From assembly GCA_002269645.1 (NCBI GenBank), contig NIVC01002826.1, forward strand, positions 62,001 to 126,000: 64,000 nucleotides of DNA. The letters are read 5' to 3'. Each line of letters starts with the position of its first letter. The stretch's first letter is position 1. The DNA is from Macrostomum lignano. Taxonomy: Eukaryota. Positions 1 to 13,215 of this stretch are shown piece by piece. Below the pieces are notes generated by a model that searched no databases, had not been told where the DNA came from, and saw only the letters and a list, made by a program, of their open reading frames with translations. The translations under genes were made by a program, and so were the position numbers.

Positions 1-7
1 AGCTTCG

Positions 8-1566
8 ATGACTTCTGAAAGCCCGGCTCCGTCGGGAAGCCCGGCTCCGTCGGGAAGCCCGGCTCCGTCGGGAAGCCCGGCTCCGTCGGGAAGCCCGCCT
101 CCGTCGGGAAGCCCTCCTTCGTCGGGAAGCCCGCCTCCGTCGGAAAGCCCGCCTCCGTCGGAAAGCCCGCCTCCGTCGGGAAGCCCGCCTCCGTCGGGAA
201 GCCCGCCTCCGTCGGGAAGCCCGCCTCCGTCGGGAAGCCCGCCTCCGTCGGGAAGCCCGCCTCCGTCGGGAAGCCCGCCTCCGTCGGGAAGCCCGCCTCC
301 GTCGGGAAGCCCTCCTCCGTCGGGAAGCCCGCCTCCGTCGGGAAGCCCGGCTCCGTCGGGAAGCCCGCCTCCGTCGGGAAGCCCGCCTCCGTCGGGAAGC
401 CCGGCTCCGTCGGGAAGCCCGCCTCCGTCGGGAAGCCCGCCTCCGTCGGGAAGCCCGCCTCCGTCGGGAAGCCCGCCTCCGTCGGGAAGCCCGCCTCCGT
501 CGGGAAGCCCGCCTCCGTCGGGAAGCCCGCCTCCGTCGGGAAGCCCGGCTCCGTCGGGAAGCTCGCCTCCGTCGGGAAGCCCGCCTCCGTCGGGAAGCCC
601 TCCTTCGTCGGGAAGCCCGCCTCCGTCGGAAAGCCCGCCTCCGTCGGAAAGCCCGCCTCCGTCGGGAAGCCCGCCTCCGTCGGGAAGCCCGGCTCCGTCG
701 GGAAGCCCGGCTCCGTCGGGAAGCCCGGCTCCGTCGGGAAGCCCGGCTCCGTCGGGAAGCCCGGCTCCGTCGGGAAGCCCGGCTCCGTCGGGAAGCCCGG
801 CTCCGTCGGGAAGCCCACCTCCGTCGGGAAGCCCGCCTCCGTCGGGAAGCCCGCCTCCGTCGGGAAGCCCGGCTCCGTCGGGAAGCCCGGCTCCGTCGGG
901 AAGCCCGCCTCCGTCGGGAAGCCCGGCTCCGTCGGGAAGCCCGCCTCCGTCGGGAAGCCCGCCTCCGTCGGGAAGCCCGCCTCCGTCGGGAAGCCCGGCT
1001 CCGTCGGGAAGCCCGCCTCCGTCGGGAAGCCCGCCTCCGTCGGGAAGCCCGCCTCCACCGACTAGTTCTAGCAGCAGGCGCAGAAGACGCGAAGTGGATG
1101 ATCTAGACAGCCTCACCAATGAGAATGAGAACGAGTTCGATCTTTTGGAGCGTTCCAGGCGCTCCGTCGGTTCGATCATCGTCCTACCGGCCGACACGGT
1201 TAATGTTATCGCGACATCCGTTAGCTTAAATACGTAAGTCGCAGAAATTTGGGCCTACAGGCAGCAACCAAGAAATAATAAACTTTTATGGTAATAAACA
1301 CTTTCAGCGTCATTCAACGGACTCTTAGCGCCAACAACGTGTCTGTGACTGTGACTGTGACTACGTTTGGCGCCTCAAGTCCAGGTTCCAGGCCCCAGTG
1401 CAGCTTCACCTTGATCGGCCTCGCGACCGCTCTTTTTTCGCCGTCATGGCTATCTCGGCGGACAAATTTCAACGCGTGTGAGCCTCTCAAGTCAGAGTTT
1501 TCACGTCTGGAGATCGAAAGCCTTGCAAAGATTTTTAAAATCGAAATAATTTGCGGAATCTTCTGA
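8..1566 (+). CDS. 3' part of a secreted/cell-surface Ser-Gly-Pro repeat (mucin/extensin/proteoglycan-like) protein; 5' end probably outside the window
   Basis: About 58 in-frame 18-bp units encode SGSPPP/SGSPAP with no frameshift, followed by RRRRRE and RSRRS furin-like sites. Donor AC|GTAAGT at 1234 and acceptor TTTCAG at 1307 (74-nt intron) join in frame to VIQRTLSANNVSVTVTVTTFGASS...FTLIGLATALFSPSWL; stop at 1566. Confidence 0.6.
20..1057 (+). repeat. 18-bp coding tandem repeat (CCGCCTCCGTCGGGAAGC)n
   Basis: Directly visible array with CCT/GCT and GGA/GAA variants. Confidence 0.97.
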
Positions 1567-4500
1567 AACGGCATACACTGAGAGCCCGGTTTGCTTTTAT
1601 AGAGTTCAAATAGAGTTCCAACCAATTATTTTGACCAACCGTGCGCTAGCATAGTAAAAAAATGGGTTCCTAGTCTCTCGATCGTGCCTTACACTCGTAT
1701 TAAAGCAAAAACTATTATATACAAGTCTTTTCTTGCTAAATCGTATCTATTAAAATTGATATTTTTATTAGAATCTGCATCCTGAGTTTTATAGGTTCAC
1801 GTACAGTACAAATTGTTGAGCTGAATTTAATAATTTTTCAATCGGATTCGAATTCGAATCATGATATTTTGTATCAACGCGCTGCGCTCTAATAAAATAT
1901 TTGCTTATATCAGAGCTTATCTCGCTTACTTAAACTATCTCGTCTATCTGCGCCCTATCTCACTTGAGTCCTGAAACCGGATCTAGATCGCATATCTTTT
2001 AATCGAGATAATTAAGTGGTTTTTTTTTGGAAATTGAGTTCTATGAAAACCGTTTTAAGCAGATAGGGACTTGATCAGAATGTATAATTCTATCCTGACT
2101 ATCCATCTTATTTAGCAGATAAATACTATATAGGGGGCATAACTCTTACCTATGTCTATAGAAGAGTGAGAAGTGCTTCTCACATGCCTTATTTTTCAGT
2201 TAAACAATAATAATAGGCCCCCTAATCAATTCACTTCACTTGCAAGCAGTACCTTAATAGGCTTACTATATACTTCTTTATATTATAAAATACTGCATGT
2301 TTAAATTAGGCCTACCAATTAACTGATTGCACTTTTTCATTCTGTGACCCATGTGGGAAAGTAAACATCTCTTTTGGTTCCATCACCATGAATATGAATC
2401 TGAATTTGAATTTTTATACAACTGGACACTGAATCTTTAAAAAGTCATTATTTTTATTTTAATAGGCCTAATTTTTATCTTGAGCTGTCATTTAAAGTAT
2501 GCTCATATTAAGCCAGCATAATACTCTAACTCTACTCTGTCCATTTTTGAAACTATTTTAATTATTCCCAAGGTTTGATAAACTAAAGTAGGCGGCAAGG
2601 CCTAAATATCTTAATAATTCTATTTTCTTTAAACTTTCAGTTTCTATCCCATCCCATGCAATTGAATATAATAATAAAATATATTTATTCTAATTTGATA
2701 TTTATCCAAAAACAAACTAAGGCTAGGCCTATTCAATAGTTTGCAACACTAATTTGCAATATAAGTGTACTATTTCTTTCAAGTCTATGAAGTGATACAA
2801 TTAAAATTTCTTAAAAAGGACTAGGCCTATTAGCCACACTCTGGATCATGTAGTATATGCCCAAAAATTCAGGCGTGCATTGGCCTTGCATGCCAAAAGT
2901 AGGCATGCATAGTTGGTATGCATCACTCCTAAGAAAATATACCTAGCGTTGTGGCGTGCACTTTATAAAATCATGCAAAATAGTTATTGTGAAATAGAAA
3001 TAGAAAAAGGGTGAAAAAGTTCATTTTAAGCTTAAGTTTCCCACTTTCTAGGTTTTTAAGCTTGTAAAAAGGCATTTAAACAAATTTTTATGCATATCAA
3101 TTTTTCCACTATAAGTATAAATAGTGTTGCCAAAAAGCAGAAAAATCAACTAAATTATATGTCAAAAAGTCTATTATGCAATGTAGGCCTAGTATAACCT
3201 TATAAAATAGGTGTAAAATTTTGTCAACTTGTCTGGAATTATTTATTAAATCCCACTATCACTACCAATTAAAATAGGTTTAAAGTTAATTAAATTTACA
3301 GTGTTAAATATTAACCCTAACTCTAATGTTGCTACTAACAAGTAGTATATTGCAGATATAAAATCTAGCACTAAGCCAAAATGGGCTTCTTGTTATGCAC
3401 CCTATAATTTCCTTGGGCTCTGTTTCATTAGACTCCTATATTCCACTAGGCTCTTTGTCTCTCTAGCTCTTTGTCTGACTATAGACTATGAATTACTTGG
3501 ACTTTTAACCAATAATAACTCAGTATCTGGTGTAACTTAAACGGACTCAATGTCTGCAAACTCTTAACAGGCAAAGTGACTAGTCACTCTATTTCTATTG
3601 ACACTAGGCCCCTAGTCCCAAATAACTTATACTTATAGACAATGGTAGCTGCAATAATAGGGCCTAAGGCTATATTGCTTATACTGTACTAGCCGAAGAA
3701 TGTTACCCTAAGATGGTCTGATAAAGTAATACCAATGATTTCTTGATAAATTATGTTCCCCAGTAAATCAATAGTTAATACCAATGTTAGATAAGTCACA
3801 AAAGGTAGTTTGCTACTACCAATCAAAGCTATGATTAAGATTAAATTGACTAAGACAAGCCATTCCTTAAAGAAGATTTTTAAAAACTTAACAGCGAAAA
3901 TTGGCTTTAAACTAATAATAAATTAACAAATGTAATTATTGAACAATAAATTAGCTAGTGCACCAATACCATCAGTAAATTAATAATAAAAACTTAACAC
4001 TAATAATTAACAAAAACACATAAATATATAAGCTTGGCCTTCTGTGTCCTTACTAAACATAGTTTGTTAGAGCTAATAAGGTTAGGTCTAGTCTGACTGT
4101 TCTCAATATGCATGAATTCCAATACAACTAAGATCCATGTTGAGTATCAGTCACTAACTAATTAACTAAGTTACTAGGCACTATAGCATACATGTCCAAC
4201 CTCAAAATTTCACCTATCGAGTGCAACTTAGTTTCTCCCAATTGTGACTTAGTTCCTCTTGATTGCAACTTAGTTTCCAATTGTGACTTAATCTTCACTT
4301 TGTATATGACTTTTCTTGCCTTTTTCTCTTTTCTTCTCTTTCTGTTTCTGTTTCCTCTTTCCCCTCTCTCTTTTCCTTCCTTTCTTTTCCTTTTCTCTTC
4401 TTCTCCTTTCTTTCTTCCCCCAATTTTTCCTTTTTTGTGTTTTCAATTTTGCGACTTACCTTGGCTAAGGGCCATTTCACCTGTCCAGTTTTGGATTGTT

Positions 4501-5935
4501 CAGACAGGTGTTGGGCATGTATGCACTACAGGCTGGGCCTACATAAGCCAATGTTAACTAGACTGGAGGCACACACACAATCCAGGCAAAAGAGAGGCAA
4601 TTCACAGGGCTGTCTCGTGAGTGTAGAAATTTGAACTAGTGCGCAAAGTATTTATACTTGCAATGCTAGTGTATTATAACAAATAATAGTCACTTTGTTG
4701 CAAAGATATGGTATGCTATTTGTTGATACATGTGCATGAACTTCCAGTGAATTCCTTTTGCATATAAGTAATTCCTATTGTTTCATTAGTAATTTAATGA
4801 TTAATGCATAATCCAAGATCACCAAGGAGCCCTACCACACTTGTATATGTGTAGTGCTAGCATGTATATATGTGTAAGGGCCCAATACCTCAATTTCTAA
4901 CTGAAAATTCAAAGAGTTGGCCTAATTTCACCAGAAAAATAATTTGCAATATTGGAATAGGGCCTACTATAAGATTAAACAATTTTTATTTGGACTTCCA
5001 AAAAGTATATAGGCTCTAAAAATCTGAAAAATGCCTTTAAGAAAATGAGAAAAATAGAAGTGTTGTAGGGTTATTTCCTGTTGACTGAAATCCTACCACT
5101 TAGCTATCAATTTGTCATAGGAGGGGTCGGGGGTTATTGGGAATTTTCGGGGTTTTCTTAGAATTCGGGGCGAACTGCGCAATTTATACTACTAACAGGA
5201 GTAAGCCGTAGGTTGCTCCTGGTGGCGTGGTGTGTCCAAGTGGCAAGACACTAATTTTTTTACTCAGTCCGGCTATTTTGGTGGGGGAGGGGGGTGATTA
5301 AGGGCTTTGCGGTGGACTTGAGTTGCCTGAGGAAATTAGCGCACTGGGGAACTCTAATATTCAGCGGGGAATGCCTGGCATCAGGGGGTATCCAGATGGG
5401 GAATTAAGAAGGCAATATGCCTAATCCGGGAATGAAGGGAGGCTAGAATTTTAGCCTTAGTAAGGAGGCAATATCGGGACTTATTTGGCGGAGATCGGGA
5501 ATGGGGCTTTTTCTGTTTCGGCGACGGGCGGGGATCAGTTAGTATAGAAAAAGGGATTTTGAGCTCTTGTTATACATGTTAAATATTTTGATATGACATC
5601 CACTGAAAATAAAAAAGTTGCTTTATCAATAATAGTCACAAATGTTTACCCATGCATATATAATGATAAAATTTGTTAACTAATTAATGCAAAGTTAACT
5701 TCAATGTTTTTAAAAGGTGCTACCTTTAGTTTTTAGGTCTGTCCTATTTAAATTAAATATTTAAATCATCAGTCTAATAATAAGGTTTCAAAATTGCCAT
5801 TTTTCAAGCTTTTGTTTAGCATGTAAATTATGCATACATTGGCATACACCAAAAATGTAGGTTGTTTTTTATGAACTACATATAGAGTGCTTTAAACTAT
5901 GAGCAATAGGCAAATAAAATAGACATATATATATA

Positions 5936-6151
5936 TAGGGTGGCCCATGTAACATGCCTGATTTACAACATTAATAACTTTTGTCATTCAAAACCAATGT
6001 TGACAAAATTTTAACACAACATTGCCATATATATAGCATTATATTTGCAAAATTTACACATGCAAGCAAGCACTCACACACTCATACAAGTGGAGGTCTG
6101 AAGTGGAATGTTAAAAAAGCAAGCTGTGGGCATGCACCACATTCACTTTGC

Positions 6152-6232
<81 letters not shown>

Positions 6233-6370
6233 TTGCTGGCATGCATAAATTTTGCAAATATAATGCTATACCTGTGGCAACATTGTCTTAAAATTTTGTC
6301 AACATTGGTTGTGAATGACAAAAGTTATTAACATTTTACTTTAAATCAGGCACATTACATGGCCCACCAG
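5936..6370. mobile_element. Degenerate Tc1/mariner-type MITE with about 140-bp inverted arms and an internal (GT)n
   Basis: 5936-6075 aligns to the reverse complement of 6231-6370. The left end TA-TAGGGTGGCCC resembles CAGGGTG-type TIRs. Confidence 0.75.
6154..6231. repeat. (GT)n microsatellite
   Basis: Direct. Confidence 0.98.
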
Positions 6371-6960
6371 ATATATTTGTCTATGGCAGAAGGAAGCTAC
6401 AATTGCAACCTGAATGGAATAGGGATGTGTATTGATTTTGTCTACCACATTTTTTAGGTTTTTGTTTGCTGATAGACAAAACAACTTTTTCTAGTAAACA
6501 AATAGGACCTGAGCCACTCTCCCAGGTCTTAGTTATGCAAGAGTAAAGGTCACTATGCTCAGTTGAAGAATTGATGATTAAAATCAAAATAATAATACAG
6601 TGAGTGCTCAGTGTACATTTTTTAAGTTATATAACATGATAGTTATATATATACTTGTTATATTAGCTAGACATTTGGTTGTTAGCAACTATTCATTCAT
6701 AATAATTCACACTCATTTATAGCTAGGAGGACCATTCGTTTATCTATTACTTACATTTACTTTGATGTACCTAATAATTCTATAGGAGCTTCATTTAAAA
6801 CAGTACCTATTCAGTAATTAGTTGAAGGTTGTTAAGTTACTCTTATTTATAATAAATGTGTCTAAATAATTTTTAATAAGCCAAGTTCTCTGAGTATTAT
6901 GCAGAAATAGTTTATAGTTTTTATCAATACCCATCGCATGCTCCTGCGCCATCAGACGCA

Positions 6961-8770
<1,810 letters not shown>

Positions 8771-9329
8771 ATTGGGGCGTTGAGAAGAAGCTCTTTGTAT
8801 TTCTGCTAATAATGAATTGCGGCATTAGTGAACTAAGGCACCGAATATGCACTGCAGTTTGCAGTACCTGTAATCCGTTCTGACGTTTAAATTTCCCGGA
8901 ATTCTGGCATTTAATTAAGGAAATTGCACCGTATGTATGCTCTACTATTAGTAAAAAGGTACGCAAATGTAACCAAAAGCTATAAATCACTATAATTATG
9001 CTTGCATTTGCCTACTTATAGTAAACCGGTTCTACCATTTTTCTGTTACATTAGTCGCCTGTCATCTCATTGTGCCCGTCTTTTCATCAGCAAGTTTCTC
9101 TTGCTTGGCCTAAAACTTGTTGGATTTAATAAATAATATCGGCTTTCCGCGAAGCAGCCACCAACCTTTGTGGCCATCAGTTCACTGTTATTCTTTTATA
9201 AACCTCTGCACTGCAGTTGCTTTTGTCTGGCATTTTTTGGCAGAAACTTTTGCACTTGTCTTGCAAAGGTAATACTTTGTTTTCTTGGTGACCTTTAATG
9301 TATCCTACCTTCTTGGCCTTGAGAATCTT

Positions 9330-9645
9330 CTCCCTTCATCACCTCAATGATCCCCTCCCTTCATCACCTCAATAATCCCCTCGCTTCATCACCAATAATA
9401 TCCTCTCTTCATAACTTCAATAATCTCCTCCCTTCATCACCTCAATTATGTCCCTTCATCACCTCAATTATGTCCCTTCATCATCTCAATAATCTCCCTT
9501 CATCACCTCATTAATATCCCATCATCATCTCAATAATCTCCCTTCATCACCTCAATAATCCCCTATCTATATAACTTCATCACCTCAGTAAAGTCCCTTT
9601 ATCACCTCCATAATATCTCTTCAACACATTAATAATCTCTTCATC
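9330..9645. repeat. Degenerate ~22-bp tandem repeat (CTTCATCACCTCAATAATCTCC)
   Basis: Direct. Confidence 0.85.
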
Positions 9646-10196
9646 ACTTCGATTTTTAGCACTTTAGCCTAACAAATCACAGTAGTGAACTCGCAAATTT
9701 GAACTTTCATACTTTCATATAAAAATGGCAAATTAACAGAGCCAACGACAATCGAAGGAGCTACAGTTTTTCTAAGTGTGAAGTTTACATGTACATTGCA
9801 CATCGATGATTGGTCGACTAAAGTTTATTAACTAATTCTAACCGTGGTCTGTACATACTGGTAGGTGTACAAGTACGTACATAACCTGTAAGTACTTTCA
9901 CTCGGCAACATACATATCTCCCGCTCACTAAAATCGTTCTATATTAGGCATAAAAATTGTTTTGGGGCTTGTCGCGCCATTAGAGGGCCAACCCCCAAGA
10001 CACAGTGAAGTCTACATGCCTAACGATACTCGTAAATAAAGTTGGGGCCGCTGTACACTCCTGTGTGAGCTTGCGTCCACATTACCTGCTTGCCGCCTTG
10101 CTGGCTGAGGAGCGAATGTCACTTTGATCTGCGGTAGTGCCTCGAGCCCACGTGCAATTACAAACTTGACTAACTCGACAAAGAACATCCCAGCCG

Positions 10197-10562
10197 ATGC
10201 CTCTCCTGCAGCTCTTGCACAATCCCACGGCCCGTCGAGCCCAGCTACTCCGCCTGCTATCCAACACCTCGGCATCGTCCAACGCGATCAATACTTCGCC
10301 GACGCCTAGCGAAGATCAGCAGGAGAAATTCGACAGTCGCGGAGCGGTGCTGTACACGGTGACCATCGTGTCCGTGTTTGCTCTGGGGATCATCTTCATG
10401 ATCGCTTCGCATGTCAAACGGAGCAGCTCCAAGCGCGAGTTGGACCGCGCAATCTGCGAATACCTGCGGCGAGCGTCCGAAATTCGATTGAGAGGCGATG
10501 TGGCGCCGTTTGGAGGCGCCGCAACTGCTGGCAATTCGTCGTCTATTTTGACGTGGAAGTGA
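10197..10562 (+). CDS. Small single-pass (type III-like) membrane protein, KCNE/MinK-like architecture, 121 aa
   Basis: N-terminal NTS sequons, one TM (GAVLYTVTIVSVFALGIIFMIASHV), then KRSSSKRELDRAICEYL. GC-rich codon usage typical of real exons here. Family assignment is inference. Confidence 0.55.
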   Translation: MPLLQLLHNPTARRAQLLRLLSNTSASSNAINTSPTPSEDQQEKFDSRGAVLYTVTIVSVFALGIIFMIASHVKRSSSKRELDRAICEYLRRASEIRLRGDVAPFGGAATAGNSSSILTWK

Positions 10563-10816
10563 CAACAACTGCTATGGCCGGGAGAGCTAATGGTGGCTGG
10601 TGACTTGTTTTAATCCTGAACAAGTAGACTTTGTATATGTACCTGATGCATGTATTTTAAGTCCCCTCTGAATCTTTAATAACTGGATATGTGACTTCTG
10701 CAAGTCAATAGTGACCTTGACTCCTTTTGTAACCCGCCGTGCTCTGATTCCTTTGTGACCTCCATGTGACCTGAGAAACTTGACTCTTTTTGCAACCTAC
10801 ATGTGACGTCTCAATA

Positions 10817-11000
10817 CAATCATAGAAGCGTCATTTAAAAAATCGTAGAAGCGTCATGTAAACAATCATAGAAGCGTCATGTAAAAATCATAGAAGCGTC
10901 ATGTAAAAATCATAGAAGCGTCATGTAAACAATCATAGAAGCGTCATGTAAAAAATCATAGAAGCGTCATGAAAAAATCATAGAAGCCTCATTTAAAAAC
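10817..11000. repeat. ~22-bp tandem repeat (AATCATAGAAGCGTCATGTAAA)n
   Basis: Direct, about 8 copies. Confidence 0.9.
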
Positions 11001-11895
11001 TAATGAAAGTGTCATTTAAAAAATTAGGAAACATTATGGTAGAATAAAAGAAACGTCATTTCAGACATGAAGGGTTCATGTAAAAATTAAATGCAGCTAT
11101 AATGCTGTGCTGGGGAGAAAAACTGAGACGTCAAGGCTCTCAGAGAATAACTGAGATTACGGGGGGGGGGGGTTCTGAGATGTCAAAGCAAAAGTCAGAA
11201 GCTACTTCAAAGTTCATGTACTTTACCCATCATTTTTTTATTGCATTCTTTGTTGGCTCGTCACGGGGGGGGCGCTGATAGAAGAAAAGTCATGTAAAAA
11301 ATAAAAGTAGCACTACGTATACATAAAAGAAAAGTCATGTCGAAGTTAAAAGATTCATTTGGGAATTGCTACGATGTCAAAGCTTGGAGGGAATCGTTAT
11401 AGTGCTGTGATTCTTAAAGAAAGAATCACTAAAATGTCAAGGCTTAGGGGAGAAGAATTGCTGAGATTTCAAGGCTTTAGGTTGGGTTAAAGTTAGGTTT
11501 AGGTCAGGTGTGGGTTGAGGGTTATATTTTATCGGGTTTCAAGGTTAACAGGGGATTTTTTAGATTTCAAGGTTTATGGGGGCCATTGCTGACATGTCAA
11601 GGCTTACGGGGGGAATAGCTGAGATGTCAAGGCTCACGGGGGTATAAATGAGATTTCAAGGCTAAAGTCAGAAGCTACATGTAGTTTATTGAAAACTTTT
11701 ATTACATTATTTGATGCCTCCTCAGGGGAGGGATCGCTGATAAAAAAGCGTAATGTAAAAAATAAAAGAAGCTTCATGTCGAAGTTAAGAGATTCATTTG
11801 GGAATCCCTACGATGTTGAGGCTTGCAAGGAATTGCTATAATGCTGTAGTAGTGCTATAATGACTCTTAGAGAGAATTACTGAAATTTCAATGCT

Positions 11896-11957
11896 TTAGG
11901 GTTAGGTTAGGGTTAGGGTTAGGGTTAGGGTTAGGGTTAGGCTAGGGTTAGGGTTAG
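11896..11957 (+). repeat. Interstitial telomeric (TTAGGG)n tract
   Basis: About 10 near-perfect TTAGGG units. Confidence 0.92.
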
Positions 11958-13215
11958 AAGGTTGACAGATATTTTTAGATTTCCAAGGCTTATTGGGGCA
12001 TTGCTGAGATGTCAAGGGGGGAAGTTGATATGTTAAAGCTTGTGGGGGAGATAACTGACATGTCAAGGCTTACAAGGTTTGACAGGAGATTTTTTAAGAT
12101 TTCAAGGATACATGTAGCTTATTAAAAAAACGTGTATTGCATTTCTTTGGCTCCCCAACGGGGGGCGTAGATTGCTAGTGACCTCTAAATCTCTCTATGG
12201 CGACCTGCATGACTCCCTACGGTATAATGATCTCCCAGACGATACCTTGACCCCACCTGATAATGAATATGACTTTCTGAATGCTGGCAACTGCTTACTG
12301 GACCTCCTCATTCACTGCCGATCTTTCGTTGTGTACTTTGCGCATGCGCCCCATACTTCTACAGTACATGTACGAGTATATTTAAGGTGCCCTACCTGTA
12401 CATAAGTACCTGAAGTCTCCAATATCATTCGAATATGGTGGAGTCACAACAGAAGCGGCAGAGTTTCATTTCTCTTACTTCTCATTTTGGATAACAGTAC
12501 AGAGATAACCGTGAAAGCAGCTACAAGATCAAGACATAAGACTTTGGTGTTGTGTGATTTAATTTAATATATCGAATATTTTTATTTACCCAAATCACCC
12601 TTCGCTTTCATTCATTCAAAACGAGTTTTTGTTCCAACGAGTTTACACAAAGCAGCAGAAAAATAACTTAATTTTTATTTTGATACGGTACAATGGCCAA
12701 GACCAGTCACCATGGGATACGATAGGGGGGCGCGGGCGGTTTACACCCGAGTTTCGGGTTGACAAAAGTACAGAAAATAGTTTTCATTCTGGACTTACAG
12801 AACTTTTGAATAGAATTATCAATGTATAGTTATGGATGCAGTTCTGCACAACCAGTCACCCTAATGGAGATGATTATTGATTTGGAGTTTGACCAGGTCT
12901 ATTTGGAATTCGCGAACTTGTCAATTTTGGACAAGTTTCATTCCTTGGATCGGAGATCGACAGGGGAGCAATAAGTTTGAAAACCTGATTTTTCATTTTC
13001 AAGTACTAGAAGCTATTCTTACCTTTTTAGAAGTTAGTGGACTGTGGAGAATTGAAGGAGAGAAGAAGAGACGTTGGAAAACAATTTAAAAAACAAAATG
13101 TGTGTTTTACTTTTGTTATACTGCATCAGTTTGTTAAATTTTAATCGCGCCTATTTGAACAATTTAAATTCGTGCGCGAATTGTCTCTGAGAGGCTGCGC
13201 TAGCAGGGCGGGACA

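Noticed and set aside
4192-4557. Hydrophobic F/L/S-rich ORF (also 59700-60113 and 62787-63014)
   Set aside because: Translations of CT/GA low-complexity tracts, two of them inside MITEs.
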